Positions 1 to 8,202 of a stretch of 23,097 bases of DNA are shown piece by piece (within the stretch, counting starts at the first letter, position 1; the number at the start of each line of letters is the position of its first letter). Location of the stretch: NCBI GenBank assembly GCA_050293845.1, contig JBNKNM010000078.1, positions 1-23,097 of the forward strand. Direction: 5' to 3'. The translations under genes were made by a program, and so were the position numbers. The DNA comes from Pseudobacteriovorax sp. GTDB taxonomy: Bacteria > Bdellovibrionota_B > Oligoflexia > Oligoflexales > Oligoflexaceae. The notes under the pieces are model-generated. The model saw only the letters and a program-made list of their open reading frames with translations. It was not told the origin of the DNA and did no database searches.

Positions 1-173
1 TTTCCTGGTTCACCACCCTAGTGTGAATTATGTGAAGCTGTGTAAGAAGCCAACATGGCTACTCACAAGCTCTCTCTATTTGCAGCGTGAACCTTTCTTA
101 TCCATTAGTAATGCAATAAAACCTAGGCTACCACCGTCTACTGATCCTCAGACTATGAACTAGAGGAAAAGGA

Positions 174-305
174 ATGTTGGTTTTGAAATATGGAATAAAA
201 AACATTGATAGACTACTCCAAATTGTCAGCGAAGAGGAAAAGATCATAGCTAATATTTATAATTGCCTTCATGAATACAGATACCGAGTTGTTGTAAATA
301 TATAG
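174..305 (+). CDS. Possible small hypothetical protein (43 aa, MLVLKYGIKNIDRLLQIVSEEEK...)
   Basis: ATG at 174 preceded by GAGGAAAAGGA and open to TAG at 303-305. No recognisable motif. Confidence 0.25.
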   Translation: MLVLKYGIKNIDRLLQIVSEEEKIIANIYNCLHEYRYRVVVNI

Positions 306-447
306 ATATAGTTTCCATACCTAGGAATAATTAACTTTAGCTTCTACATTTTTTCCCTAAGTCACAAAATATTCCAGTATTTGATAAAATAGACAAAGCA
401 TGACATTTATGAGCACTTTTGGACTTCAACCAACTAGGAGCTGCTAG

Positions 448-1371
448 GTGGAAAAAACTAAAATAGCTGAAGAATCAGAACTAGATCAAGTTTGGTTCGA
501 ATTAGAAAAGAAAATGAAAAAAAATGTACCAGAGAAACTGTATCATTATACAGGCAGTTCTAGTGCGATATCAAATATGCTTACGGAAAAATGTTTATGG
601 TTATCACCTTATGATGATATGAATGACCCCTCTGAGATAAGGCATGGACTGGAAATTGCGATAAATCATATTTCAGAATCAAAATTCGAGCCTAGACTTG
701 AGAATGCTCTTTTGGAGGAAATAACTAAAATTTTCACAGGCATAAAAGATCGTGTCACTTTCTATTTTGCCTGTTTTTCCAATGCAGGAGATACTGACAT
801 TTCACAGTGGAGAGAATATGGAAATAAAGGGTTAGGTTACTGTATTGAATTTGATTCTAAAAATGCTTTCATTAAAGAAGAATCTGGACAAAATATAGTT
901 AACCCTAGATCACATCTGCTCGAAGTTATTCCAGTAAAATATAATGATTGGGAAAAAAAAGATCTAATGAAGGACTTTTTTGATTTATGTTCACCATTCT
1001 TTAAAAATTATAGTATTGAAAAAATGGAAGTAATAATGGCTTTTCTTAAGCAGCTATGTGCTTGTTTTAAACATAAAGCTTATGAATCGGAACAGGAATG
1101 GAGACATATTCAATTATGCTACGATGGTAATTTTATTCACAAATCATCCAGTATTAAATCCTTTTCTTATGGAGATCATTTTCGCGAAAAAACTGTAACA
1201 CCACTACCCGCACAATGTGAATGGCTAGATTGTATTTCCAAGATAACTTGTGGACCAAAGCAAAACCATGCTCGCTACAAAGCCACAAAGATGGCGGTTC
1301 AAGAAATTCAAAAGAAAATCGGAACTAGCCATTCTATTACTGTAGAGCACTCTACCGTTCCAATGATTTAA
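448..1371 (+). CDS. DUF2971 domain-containing protein (accessory, possible defence)
   Basis: Typical DUF2971 motif string: LYHYT, LWLS...MNDPSE, ACFS, SQWREYG...GYCIEFD, FKHKAYESEQEWR. AGGAG RBS before the GTG start; AT-rich. Confidence 0.85.
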   Translation: MEKTKIAEESELDQVWFELEKKMKKNVPEKLYHYTGSSSAISNMLTEKCLWLSPYDDMNDPSEIRHGLEIAINHISESKFEPRLENALLEEITKIFTGIKDRVTFYFACFSNAGDTDISQWREYGNKGLGYCIEFDSKNAFIKEESGQNIVNPRSHLLEVIPVKYNDWEKKDLMKDFFDLCSPFFKNYSIEKMEVIMAFLKQLCACFKHKAYESEQEWRHIQLCYDGNFIHKSSSIKSFSYGDHFREKTVTPLPAQCEWLDCISKITCGPKQNHARYKATKMAVQEIQKKIGTSHSITVEHSTVPMI

Positions 1372-1468
1372 ACGCTGCGAAAAATTACTTGATTCTCACA
1401 AAAAATGTTCTATCGTGGAATTATAAGGAAGTTATTCCTACAATCCCATAGCTCCATGAGTTTAGAAA

Positions 1469-1990
1469 ATGAATGCACCCAAGATACTATTTATCGGCCC
1501 TATGCCCCAGGTAAGAGCGCGATTCAAAAAATTTGGAAAGCCATACTATCCCAAATCTTTTAATCTATATGTCCAAAGCCTGGTTGATAGAATGATCCAA
1601 ACTTTTGACAACGAAACAATCCCAGAAGAAACGCCTATTAAGGTTGAAGTTTGCTTCTACTTGCGCAAAACCAGAGAAGCTATAAAGCGAAAGCTGGACT
1701 ATCCCATGACCCACAGATCCGGCGATGTAGACAACTTCCTGAAGGCTTTCCTTGACTGCGGTCAAAAAGCAAGACTCTTTGTCGATGATAGGCAGGTAGT
1801 CACATCGATAGCAAGAAAACGCTATCACGCCTTTGGGGCCATCGTCTGCGAGGTCACAGAAGAAACGGATCTATACGAGTTTGATAGCAAGTGGCTTGAC
1901 CTTGGCAACCCTTTCCAAGTCAGAGAGGTTTTTGAAACTGCCAAAGAGTTAAGAGCTACCAAAAAGAAAGAGCGCAAAAATGTCAGCTAA
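1469..1990 (+). CDS. rusA: RusA-family Holliday junction resolvase / crossover junction endodeoxyribonuclease
   Basis: PMPQVRARF N-terminus, PIKVEVCFY strand, catalytic GDVDNFLKAFLD and FVDDRQVV...KRY motifs. Confidence 0.88.
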   Translation: MNAPKILFIGPMPQVRARFKKFGKPYYPKSFNLYVQSLVDRMIQTFDNETIPEETPIKVEVCFYLRKTREAIKRKLDYPMTHRSGDVDNFLKAFLDCGQKARLFVDDRQVVTSIARKRYHAFGAIVCEVTEETDLYEFDSKWLDLGNPFQVREVFETAKELRATKKKERKNVS

Positions 1991-2441
1991 AGACCTTGAC
2001 GATATCAACAGGACGATCCTCAAGGCTAAGGTCGCTAACCCTGACCTCACTACGACTGCCATTTCTGAGCTTGTAGGGCTATCTCAGAGCGCCGTTTCTA
2101 AGCGCATAAGGTCCAAGGAGTTCCAAGAGGCTTACAAGCCCTATGAGCTGAATGTGGCCCGCTTAAAGGAGATTGCAGAGAAGAAGGCTTGGCGCACTTT
2201 AATTAAGAACATGGGCAGTAAGGACGAACGGATTAGGAACAGTGCTGCCAGTTATGTACTTACAGCACTGGGTAAAGATCCTGATAGGCAGACGGTGAGC
2301 CAGAATAACCTCTATATCTTCAAGACTTCAATTTCAGGTGATGGGACTATCACTAATGAGAAGATTGAGAAGCCTAAAGGAGAGGTCGTTGATGTAAGAG
2401 TAATTGATAGCAATACATGTGAAACAAGGACCGAACAATAA
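1980..2441 (+). CDS. HTH protein, probable terminase small subunit
   Basis: N-terminal HTH (TTTAISELVGLSQSAVSKR), central helices with AWRTL...ERIRNSAASYVL pattern and beta-rich C-terminus, as in TerS-like phage proteins. Overlaps the rusA stop. No other TerS candidate lies next to terL. The TerS call is inference. Confidence 0.6.
   Translation: MSAKDLDDINRTILKAKVANPDLTTTAISELVGLSQSAVSKRIRSKEFQEAYKPYELNVARLKEIAEKKAWRTLIKNMGSKDERIRNSAASYVLTALGKDPDRQTVSQNNLYIFKTSISGDGTITNEKIEKPKGEVVDVRVIDSNTCETRTEQ
2298..2393 (+). repeat. terS-3' repeat copy 1 (inside the intact gene): SQNNLYIFKTSISGDGTITNEKIEKPKGEVVD
   Basis: Diverged copies at 4382-4504 and 5818-5922, found by manual translation and alignment. 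Confidence 0.9.
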
Positions 2442-2527
2442 TTATATTTTCAATACACTGTTTTCCTCACTGAAATTCAATATCAATTAATTTAGACTCA
2501 TATACCCAACCTCGCATCATTTCTTAG

Positions 2528-2555
2528 TTGATTTTTTTTAAAACTTAAATACTAT
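2528..2555 (+). promoter_or_regulatory. Possible sigma70-type promoter for the 2568 gene
   Basis: TTGATT (2528-2533), 16-nt spacer, TACTAT (2550-2555). AT-rich context makes a chance match possible. Confidence 0.3.
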
Positions 2556-2567
2556 CGAGCAAAAATC

Positions 2568-3257
2568 ATGTCTGTTGAAAATAAAAGGGAAGTTATGAGC
2601 TATACAAAATGGATGATAATTAGCTTTCTTATTTACATAGCTTGTCTATTGGGAATTGGTAGCATACATAGTTTCTTTATTTTGGATAAAGTGAGTAAAT
2701 ATGGTTCTGGCACAGGCACATTATTAGCAGGTATAGCTGCAATGCTTACAGTTATTTTTGGGTTTCCTGGTCTATCCAGAGAATGGAAAAAAAACAGAGA
2801 CGAATCCTCAAAAGTAAGGCAAAATCCACTTTTGATACAAGAAATTGAATGGTTGAAGCGAGGAATAATGTTCATAAATTCCTTGAATTTTATTACTAAT
2901 CTTTCAATTACCTCTGGATTAGACTTCACTAAACAAAGGGCACAACGCATTAAAGAATGTAAAAAGGAACTAGATCATTTTCTAAACGAGTTTGATTTGA
3001 TACACCTTTACGTTAAAGAAGACTTAATACCAGACTACGAGAAACTACGAAGTAAATGGATTGATATGCGTGTTGGGTTTGATATGCTTATTACTATGGG
3101 TTGGCCTGATCATACAGATCGGCTAGATTACAAGGTGGTCAAAAAACAATGGGAAAATGCCTTTCTAATAGAAAAGGGAGAATTAGAGCAAGCCAAAAAT
3201 AATTTGATTAATGAAATGAAAAGAATAAGAAACTCTATCAATGGAAAAGTTGACTAA
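2568..3257 (+). CDS. Hypothetical membrane protein (two N-terminal TM segments, helical soluble domain)
   Basis: Hydrophobic stretches WMIISFLIYIACLLGIGSIHSFFIL and GTLLAGIAAMLTVIFGF; AT-rich. The start could be the later ATG at 2595-2598 region (MSYTK). Confidence 0.75.
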   Translation: MSVENKREVMSYTKWMIISFLIYIACLLGIGSIHSFFILDKVSKYGSGTGTLLAGIAAMLTVIFGFPGLSREWKKNRDESSKVRQNPLLIQEIEWLKRGIMFINSLNFITNLSITSGLDFTKQRAQRIKECKKELDHFLNEFDLIHLYVKEDLIPDYEKLRSKWIDMRVGFDMLITMGWPDHTDRLDYKVVKKQWENAFLIEKGELEQAKNNLINEMKRIRNSINGKVD

Positions 3258-3414
3258 GATTAAGCTAACAAAGTTACAGAAGGTAGTCAGCTCATTTCAT
3301 CTACAAAATTCGAAAATATAGGTCATCAGCAATAGTACTTTGCTAATGCGGAGATTATAGTTCCCTCAATCGATAGTGATAGATATGATATAGAATATAT
3401 AGGAGTGGTGCTTC

Positions 3415-4377
3415 ATGTCTGATGAAATTAAGTCAATAGCTGACGCTACGAAAGAAGTATCATCAGTTCTCAAAAAAGGGCTCAATCTTTTTGAGAAGGT
3501 CTTACCAGATTGGCTTGCTAAAAAGGATGCCAAAGCGCAATCAATGATTCAAGATGCCGCAAATGAAAGACGGATGAAACAACTTGAGGAAGACAAAAAA
3601 TACTGTGAAAGAAAATTAGAAATTATTGGAGAAATATCCGCTAGACTTGGTCTTGGGATAGAGCAATCAGAAAATATTTTAGATATATTTCAAATAACTG
3701 CATCAAGTACTCATCAGGAAGATATAAAACCACCTACTAGAAAATTCATAGCAGATTTTATTGATTGTTCAAAAAATTCCTACGATGAAGATCTAAAGAA
3801 ACTATGGGCGAATATTTTGAATCAAGAACTTTCTGAACCAAGTTCTATTTCTAGCAGAACTCTAGAGTTTGTTAAAACTCTTTCGAAGGAAGAAGCGCTT
3901 ACAATTGAGAAAGCTTTAGCATCTACAATAGGAAATCTTTTTATACCTATGTTCGACAAAAAAGACTCAAATGATATTGCACTAGCAAACATTTTAATTG
4001 AGTTAAATCTTGGAAATTCACAGCCAAATGCAATATCTCTCAAACCAGAAGTCTTATTTAAACTTACAAATGACTGGGTCCTCTTAATAGGTAAAAATGC
4101 AGGTACATCCTATGCACAAAGTTGTGTGGAACTAAATAAAGTGGGTATTGAGCTAAAAAAGGTGGTCGCTATAGATCCTGTTTTTGAAAAAATAATACAA
4201 ACCCTAAAACATTTTATTAAAGAATCTACAAAAACAGATGATCCCCATTCTATGTTTCATTTTAGTAGATTAGAACAAGAACAATATGTAAGACTAAAAT
4301 CATATTATTATAATAATGAACAACCTTCACCAGGGAATCCAACTTCTTCTAACTATGATAGATTTTATCCATTATAA
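3415..4377 (+). CDS. DUF2806 / Abi-alpha-like domain protein (accessory)
   Basis: Motif FIADFIDCSKNSYDEDLKKLWANILNQELSEPSSISSRTLEFVKTLSKEEA matches DUF2806-type proteins; AGGAG RBS. Confidence 0.78.
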   Translation: MSDEIKSIADATKEVSSVLKKGLNLFEKVLPDWLAKKDAKAQSMIQDAANERRMKQLEEDKKYCERKLEIIGEISARLGLGIEQSENILDIFQITASSTHQEDIKPPTRKFIADFIDCSKNSYDEDLKKLWANILNQELSEPSSISSRTLEFVKTLSKEEALTIEKALASTIGNLFIPMFDKKDSNDIALANILIELNLGNSQPNAISLKPEVLFKLTNDWVLLIGKNAGTSYAQSCVELNKVGIELKKVVAIDPVFEKIIQTLKHFIKESTKTDDPHSMFHFSRLEQEQYVRLKSYYYNNEQPSPGNPTSSNYDRFYPL

Positions 4378-4381
4378 CATA

Positions 4382-4504
4382 AGCAGCTTTTATATTATCG
4401 AGACTTCAGTTTTGGGAGATGGGATCATTACCAATGATAAGATTGAGAAGTCTAAGGGTGAGGTAGTTGACATTGAAGCAAACGTCATAAATTTCACTAA
4501 TTAA
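4382..4504 (+). pseudogene. Orphan 3' fragment of terS-like gene (copy 2): SSFYIIETSVLGDGIITNDKIEKSKGEVVDIEANVINFTN*
   Basis: 20/27 aa identical to YIFKTSISGDGTITNEKIEKPKGEVVD of the 1980-2441 product. Starts a few nt after the DUF2806 stop. Confidence 0.85.
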
Positions 4505-4615
4505 TGACTGAACTTAATGAAAACATTTGTATGCTGGTTTGTTATTTTGCTAATAAGGTGGCATCCACTGATTTCAATAGTTGAGAATTACTTTATCTCC
4601 ATTAGCTGTGAATGA

Positions 4616-5749
4616 TCATTCGAAGAGTAAGTTGAGTTGTTTAAGGCGGCTTTCTAGTTCTGTTCCTAGTCTATTAACTAGGCTTTTTTTATCTTCAAAG
4701 TAAATTCTGGCGAAATGTGATATGTCAAAAGGAAAATTCGAGACTGACTCCCAGTTTTTTTCTGTACTCTTGATAATCATATGTTCTGTTTTATCGATTT
4801 CGTCCAGATAGCTAGTTAACGAGTCTCTCTTTTTACACAACAACAGGACATTTTTTTCATCCATATGTTCGAGAGCAAACCCAACCTCAATAAGAACGCA
4901 CGAGTTCGAATAGATTTTGCCATTTAGAGAAAATATAGGTGAGATGTCGCCCAAGAAAAATGTTGAGCTTGCAATCCTGGTTTTAATATTGTCTAAGATA
5001 TTTGAAGAACCATCACCATCTCTAATAGCCTCAACGATCTCTAAGGGCCTTTTCGATATACCATTTAGTCTTTCTATAATATCGCCAATCGATTTAGAAA
5101 TTACATTTCGAGAATTCGAGTAATCGGACTGCCAAGCATAGAATATAGTCAGCGGTCGAGACTTAGATAATACGCTTGTATCTGCGTCAATGCAAAGTTC
5201 TTTAGCAAACGTCTTGACATAAGTCTTCCTCCCCGCATCGGTTTGCTTTAGTAACTTGTTTTCATAATCTATCTTGATCAATCCTTTCGATTCAAGAATT
5301 TTACCATGATCCAGTATCGTTTCTAGCTGGTGCTTATGAAAGTAGATTTGAACCTCATTAAAAGTAATCTGAGGGCTTGAGGCAAAAAATCCCCCTTTGA
5401 GCTGCGAGTTTGCGATATTCTTTGCTTCAATTATAGAGAGAATTAATTTGCCTATATTCTCAGACTTTTGTTCTGCAAGGGAATAGTGGCGAAGACCTAA
5501 GTCTTGTTTTCTTTTCTCAGCATCAATACGTCCTTTGAAGGTGAATCCAAATCTCTTGGATGCACAAGGAACGACTTCAATAGATCCTTTTTTGACCAAA
5601 TGATCAAGCGCCTTCTCAATTTGCTTTTCTTCGTAACCCATAAACTCCTTTTGTGCAGAAAGAGCATCGAATGAGAAATTGTTGCTCATAGGAAGATCTG
5701 GTAGACTATGTGGGCCTAGTTCAATGAGTTCTACTATATGGTCAATCAT
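4616..5749 (-). CDS. Tandem winged-helix domains fused to a C-terminal TIR-like / nucleoside-deoxyribosyltransferase-like domain (candidate defence effector)
   Basis: C-terminal IFYAWQSD...GSSNILDNIKTRIASSTFFLGDISPI...NSCVLIEVGFAL...FPFDISH. N-terminal wHTH-like segments (ALDHLVKKGSIE...FTFKGR; LESKGLIK...QTDAGR). Start placed at ATG 5749 after a GGAG RBS rather than the TTG at 5818. Confidence 0.7.
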   Translation of the reverse strand: MIDHIVELIELGPHSLPDLPMSNNFSFDALSAQKEFMGYEEKQIEKALDHLVKKGSIEVVPCASKRFGFTFKGRIDAEKRKQDLGLRHYSLAEQKSENIGKLILSIIEAKNIANSQLKGGFFASSPQITFNEVQIYFHKHQLETILDHGKILESKGLIKIDYENKLLKQTDAGRKTYVKTFAKELCIDADTSVLSKSRPLTIFYAWQSDYSNSRNVISKSIGDIIERLNGISKRPLEIVEAIRDGDGSSNILDNIKTRIASSTFFLGDISPIFSLNGKIYSNSCVLIEVGFALEHMDEKNVLLLCKKRDSLTSYLDEIDKTEHMIIKSTEKNWESVSNFPFDISHFARIYFEDKKSLVNRLGTELESRLKQLNLLFE

Positions 5750-5817
5750 TCTTACTCCAAGATTGGACCTATCACTTATTTCACTATATTGAAATGAAGA
5801 GCTAAAAACATTCAACA

Positions 5818-5922
5818 AGCCAAAATAACCTATACTTGTTTAAATCTTGTATAAGCAGCGATGGTACGGTAATCAATGATAAAATCGGAAAGCCAAAAAA
5901 TCTACCGAAAAGTGAAGCTTAA
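5818..5922 (+). pseudogene. Orphan 3' fragment of terS-like gene (copy 3): SQNNLYLFKSCISSDGTVINDKIGKPKNLPKSEA*
   Basis: 19/27 aa identical to SQNNLYIFKTSISGDGTITNEKIEKPK, with many synonymous codon differences. In-frame TAA just upstream (5803-5805) and no upstream start codon. Confidence 0.85.
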
Positions 5923-6595
5923 AAAACAAAAAATAACTCTTTTATTTTCGAAAGCTCTATAAGCAAACACAAGAGCGAATTCTTCCAAGCCGAACCGGAA
6001 AACCGAACTTGTGACAACGAAGCTGGCAAACAACCAGCAAGCCAGCCAAATTAAAGTGATCAAAAAACCCTCGCAGAAAGAGCTTTAGCGGCTTAATATT
6101 TTCAGTGAGTTAAATGCTTGATTGCTAAAGGATTTCACAGACAAAAAACAAGTGTTAAATGATCGCGAAACTGGAAGAAATATCTAGATATAAGTTGTTA
6201 ATATATTGTCGATATCCGAGAAGCGTGTTTTGATTTAGTGCTGAGATTGCTACTTTTGCCGATTCACCAAACTTTTGTTTAGGCGATTTGACGGTAATAA
6301 TGCCTGAGCTGAGACGTTAGTTTGACTCTTATTTTGCTCCCCAAAAATCGCATAAAAAACCTATAGCACACACAAACCAAAATATAGGCAAAACTAGAGA
6401 AATTCTTAGACGTAAGTTGTTATTATGTTCTCGAAAATCGGGGACAATGTTTAGAAATTTCCGTTAATCCCCCCCTAACACCACTATACCCAACATTTGT
6501 TAGGAGTGTGCTAGTACCGTGAGAAATTTTTTAAAATCTATTTTCTGCTGCAATAATAACCCCTAGAATTAGTCTTTAAGCAAGGAGGTCAATCA

Positions 6596-7015
6596 ATGGC
6601 AAAGAACAAAAAACTAGTTTATCGTGGCCGATGTGTCGTTTGTGACAAAGCAACGAGAACCAAGTCGAGTCCTTTTTGTGATCCTCACTATAGCCTTACA
6701 AAAAAACATGGACACCCATTAATCAAAGTCAAATGGAAGGACAATATCTATGTCCATTCAATTGACGAACTTGCTTTCGAGCTAACCCCAGAACATCGAC
6801 AAAACATAAACAACTACATTGAGAAGGAAATAACACCCGAAGCAAAGCGGGAGTTAGGACCGGACAATATAAAATATCTTCTTGGAAAAACAGAGTATGC
6901 AACCGAAATGCCATCGTTTGAAGATTCTGAGGAAGAAAGAAATTTTGAAATCGACTTTGAAAACATAAAAGCAAAAGCAACAGCTAGCAGGCAGTTAGGA
7001 AGTACCCTCTTTTAA
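6596..7015 (+). CDS. Hypothetical phage protein with N-terminal CxxC...CxxH putative zinc finger
   Basis: RCVVCDKATRTKSSPFCDPHY; strong AGGAGG RBS; acidic C-terminal region. Confidence 0.8.
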   Translation: MAKNKKLVYRGRCVVCDKATRTKSSPFCDPHYSLTKKHGHPLIKVKWKDNIYVHSIDELAFELTPEHRQNINNYIEKEITPEAKRELGPDNIKYLLGKTEYATEMPSFEDSEEERNFEIDFENIKAKATASRQLGSTLF

Positions 7016-7341
7016 TCGAGGATAGGGTTTACATTAATTACTTCATAGTAAATATCGATCCCAGATTTATTTAACAAAGATAGATTATGGGCATCATTTA
7101 AATGATTTTCTAGTTTAAAGTTTCACCTACCTAGCACGCTCCACCTTGTTTACTAACAGAAAACTCCAGTATCCTAATTAGCCTAAAAGGCTCTATGAAA
7201 AAAAGTAAGATTCATTGCTGTTACTTGTTATCTAAGTAAGTAATTTCATGCAAGGATAAATTTAAACTAATAATTTTTCAACTACCTGACGAAAGGCTTC
7301 TAAACTTATATTAACCGGCTAACCAAAAATGAGGGAAATCT

Positions 7342-8202
7342 GTGAGGCTGGTAACCTTTAGTTTTTTAAATATTAGAGTTGAAAAGCATGATAAAAAAAA
7401 CACCTACGAAGATGTTTTTAACATTTTAGTCGAGAAAAAATTCACTAAGTTAATAAGAGGAAAAAAAACTAGACTCCTTGGTAAACCAATTATCTATCTA
7501 AGACGACGGTTTTTTCAAGGATTAGTTTTTAGATATATGGAAATAGACAAAAACAGCCCTTGGTTTAATGAAATCACTGAGGAGGCTATTAGTACAGAAG
7601 ATATCGAAGGATTAAACATCCCCAATCATGTTAAACCTAACCTTAAAATGTTTCCATTTTTATTTGATCTTCAAAGTCATGTTTTGATTTACGAATCTAA
7701 AAACCAACATGGGCAATTAAGTCCCTCTACCCTTGAAATTTTTTTTCAAGAGGCATTGGTTCAACCTATAATAGTTAGCAAGTTCGGTCAGGGCCATTGT
7801 AACATCTTGTCTTCTCGAAAAACACTCGATAGAATTTTCGAAATGGATAAAATAAAAAAATTAAAGTTAGTGATAGAGAGGCCTAATGCTTTTGGAGAAG
7901 AGTTAAAAGCTTTTATGGAAGATATGCAAGAAACTCAAACTGGCAAGATTGTACTAGAACATCATGCTTCAAAAGGTAGTTCTATTGAAAAGAATGACAA
8001 ACTACTTATGAAATCTAGAATAGCCCAAAAAAATGGATACGTGAGATCAGAAGGAACACACAAAGGAAAAAAAGAGATTCGTTCTTCAAATAAATACCCC
8101 TTAAGTGAAACCAAAAAAATTGACACTAAGCATGCGAATAATGAAATATTCGAAATACTATGGGAAAAATCGATGAAAGAAGAATGGGAAAGTTCTGATT
8201 GA
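7342..8202 (+). CDS. DUF4747-family protein
   Basis: LNIRV...GLVFRYMEIDKNSPWFN...IPNHVKPNLKMFPFLFD...HVLIYE and IERPNA pattern, as recalled for DUF4747; GAGGG RBS before GTG. Confidence 0.75.
   Translation: MRLVTFSFLNIRVEKHDKKNTYEDVFNILVEKKFTKLIRGKKTRLLGKPIIYLRRRFFQGLVFRYMEIDKNSPWFNEITEEAISTEDIEGLNIPNHVKPNLKMFPFLFDLQSHVLIYESKNQHGQLSPSTLEIFFQEALVQPIIVSKFGQGHCNILSSRKTLDRIFEMDKIKKLKLVIERPNAFGEELKAFMEDMQETQTGKIVLEHHASKGSSIEKNDKLLMKSRIAQKNGYVRSEGTHKGKKEIRSSNKYPLSETKKIDTKHANNEIFEILWEKSMKEEWESSD

Noticed and set aside
1..163. Open frame 2-163 as the 3' end of an upstream gene
   Set aside because: Only 53 codons with no recognisable motif; cannot be supported without upstream sequence.
3258..3414. 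Possible fourth terS-3' copy between the TM gene and DUF2806
   Set aside because: Manual translation of the plus-strand frames gave no GDG/KIEK-like match.
4316..4504. 62-aa ORF as an independent gene
   Set aside because: Its first ~22 codons overlap the DUF2806 gene in another frame with no RBS; the remainder is the terS-like remnant.
5750..5818. TTG start at 5818 for the TIR-like gene
   Set aside because: ATG at 5749 has a GGAG RBS, and the extension abuts the terS remnant.
6455..6566. C-run motifs (AAATTTCCGTTAATCCCCCCCTAA; AATAACCCCTAG) as extra late-promoter copies
   Set aside because: They lack the GATT core and a -10-like hexamer at the conserved spacing.
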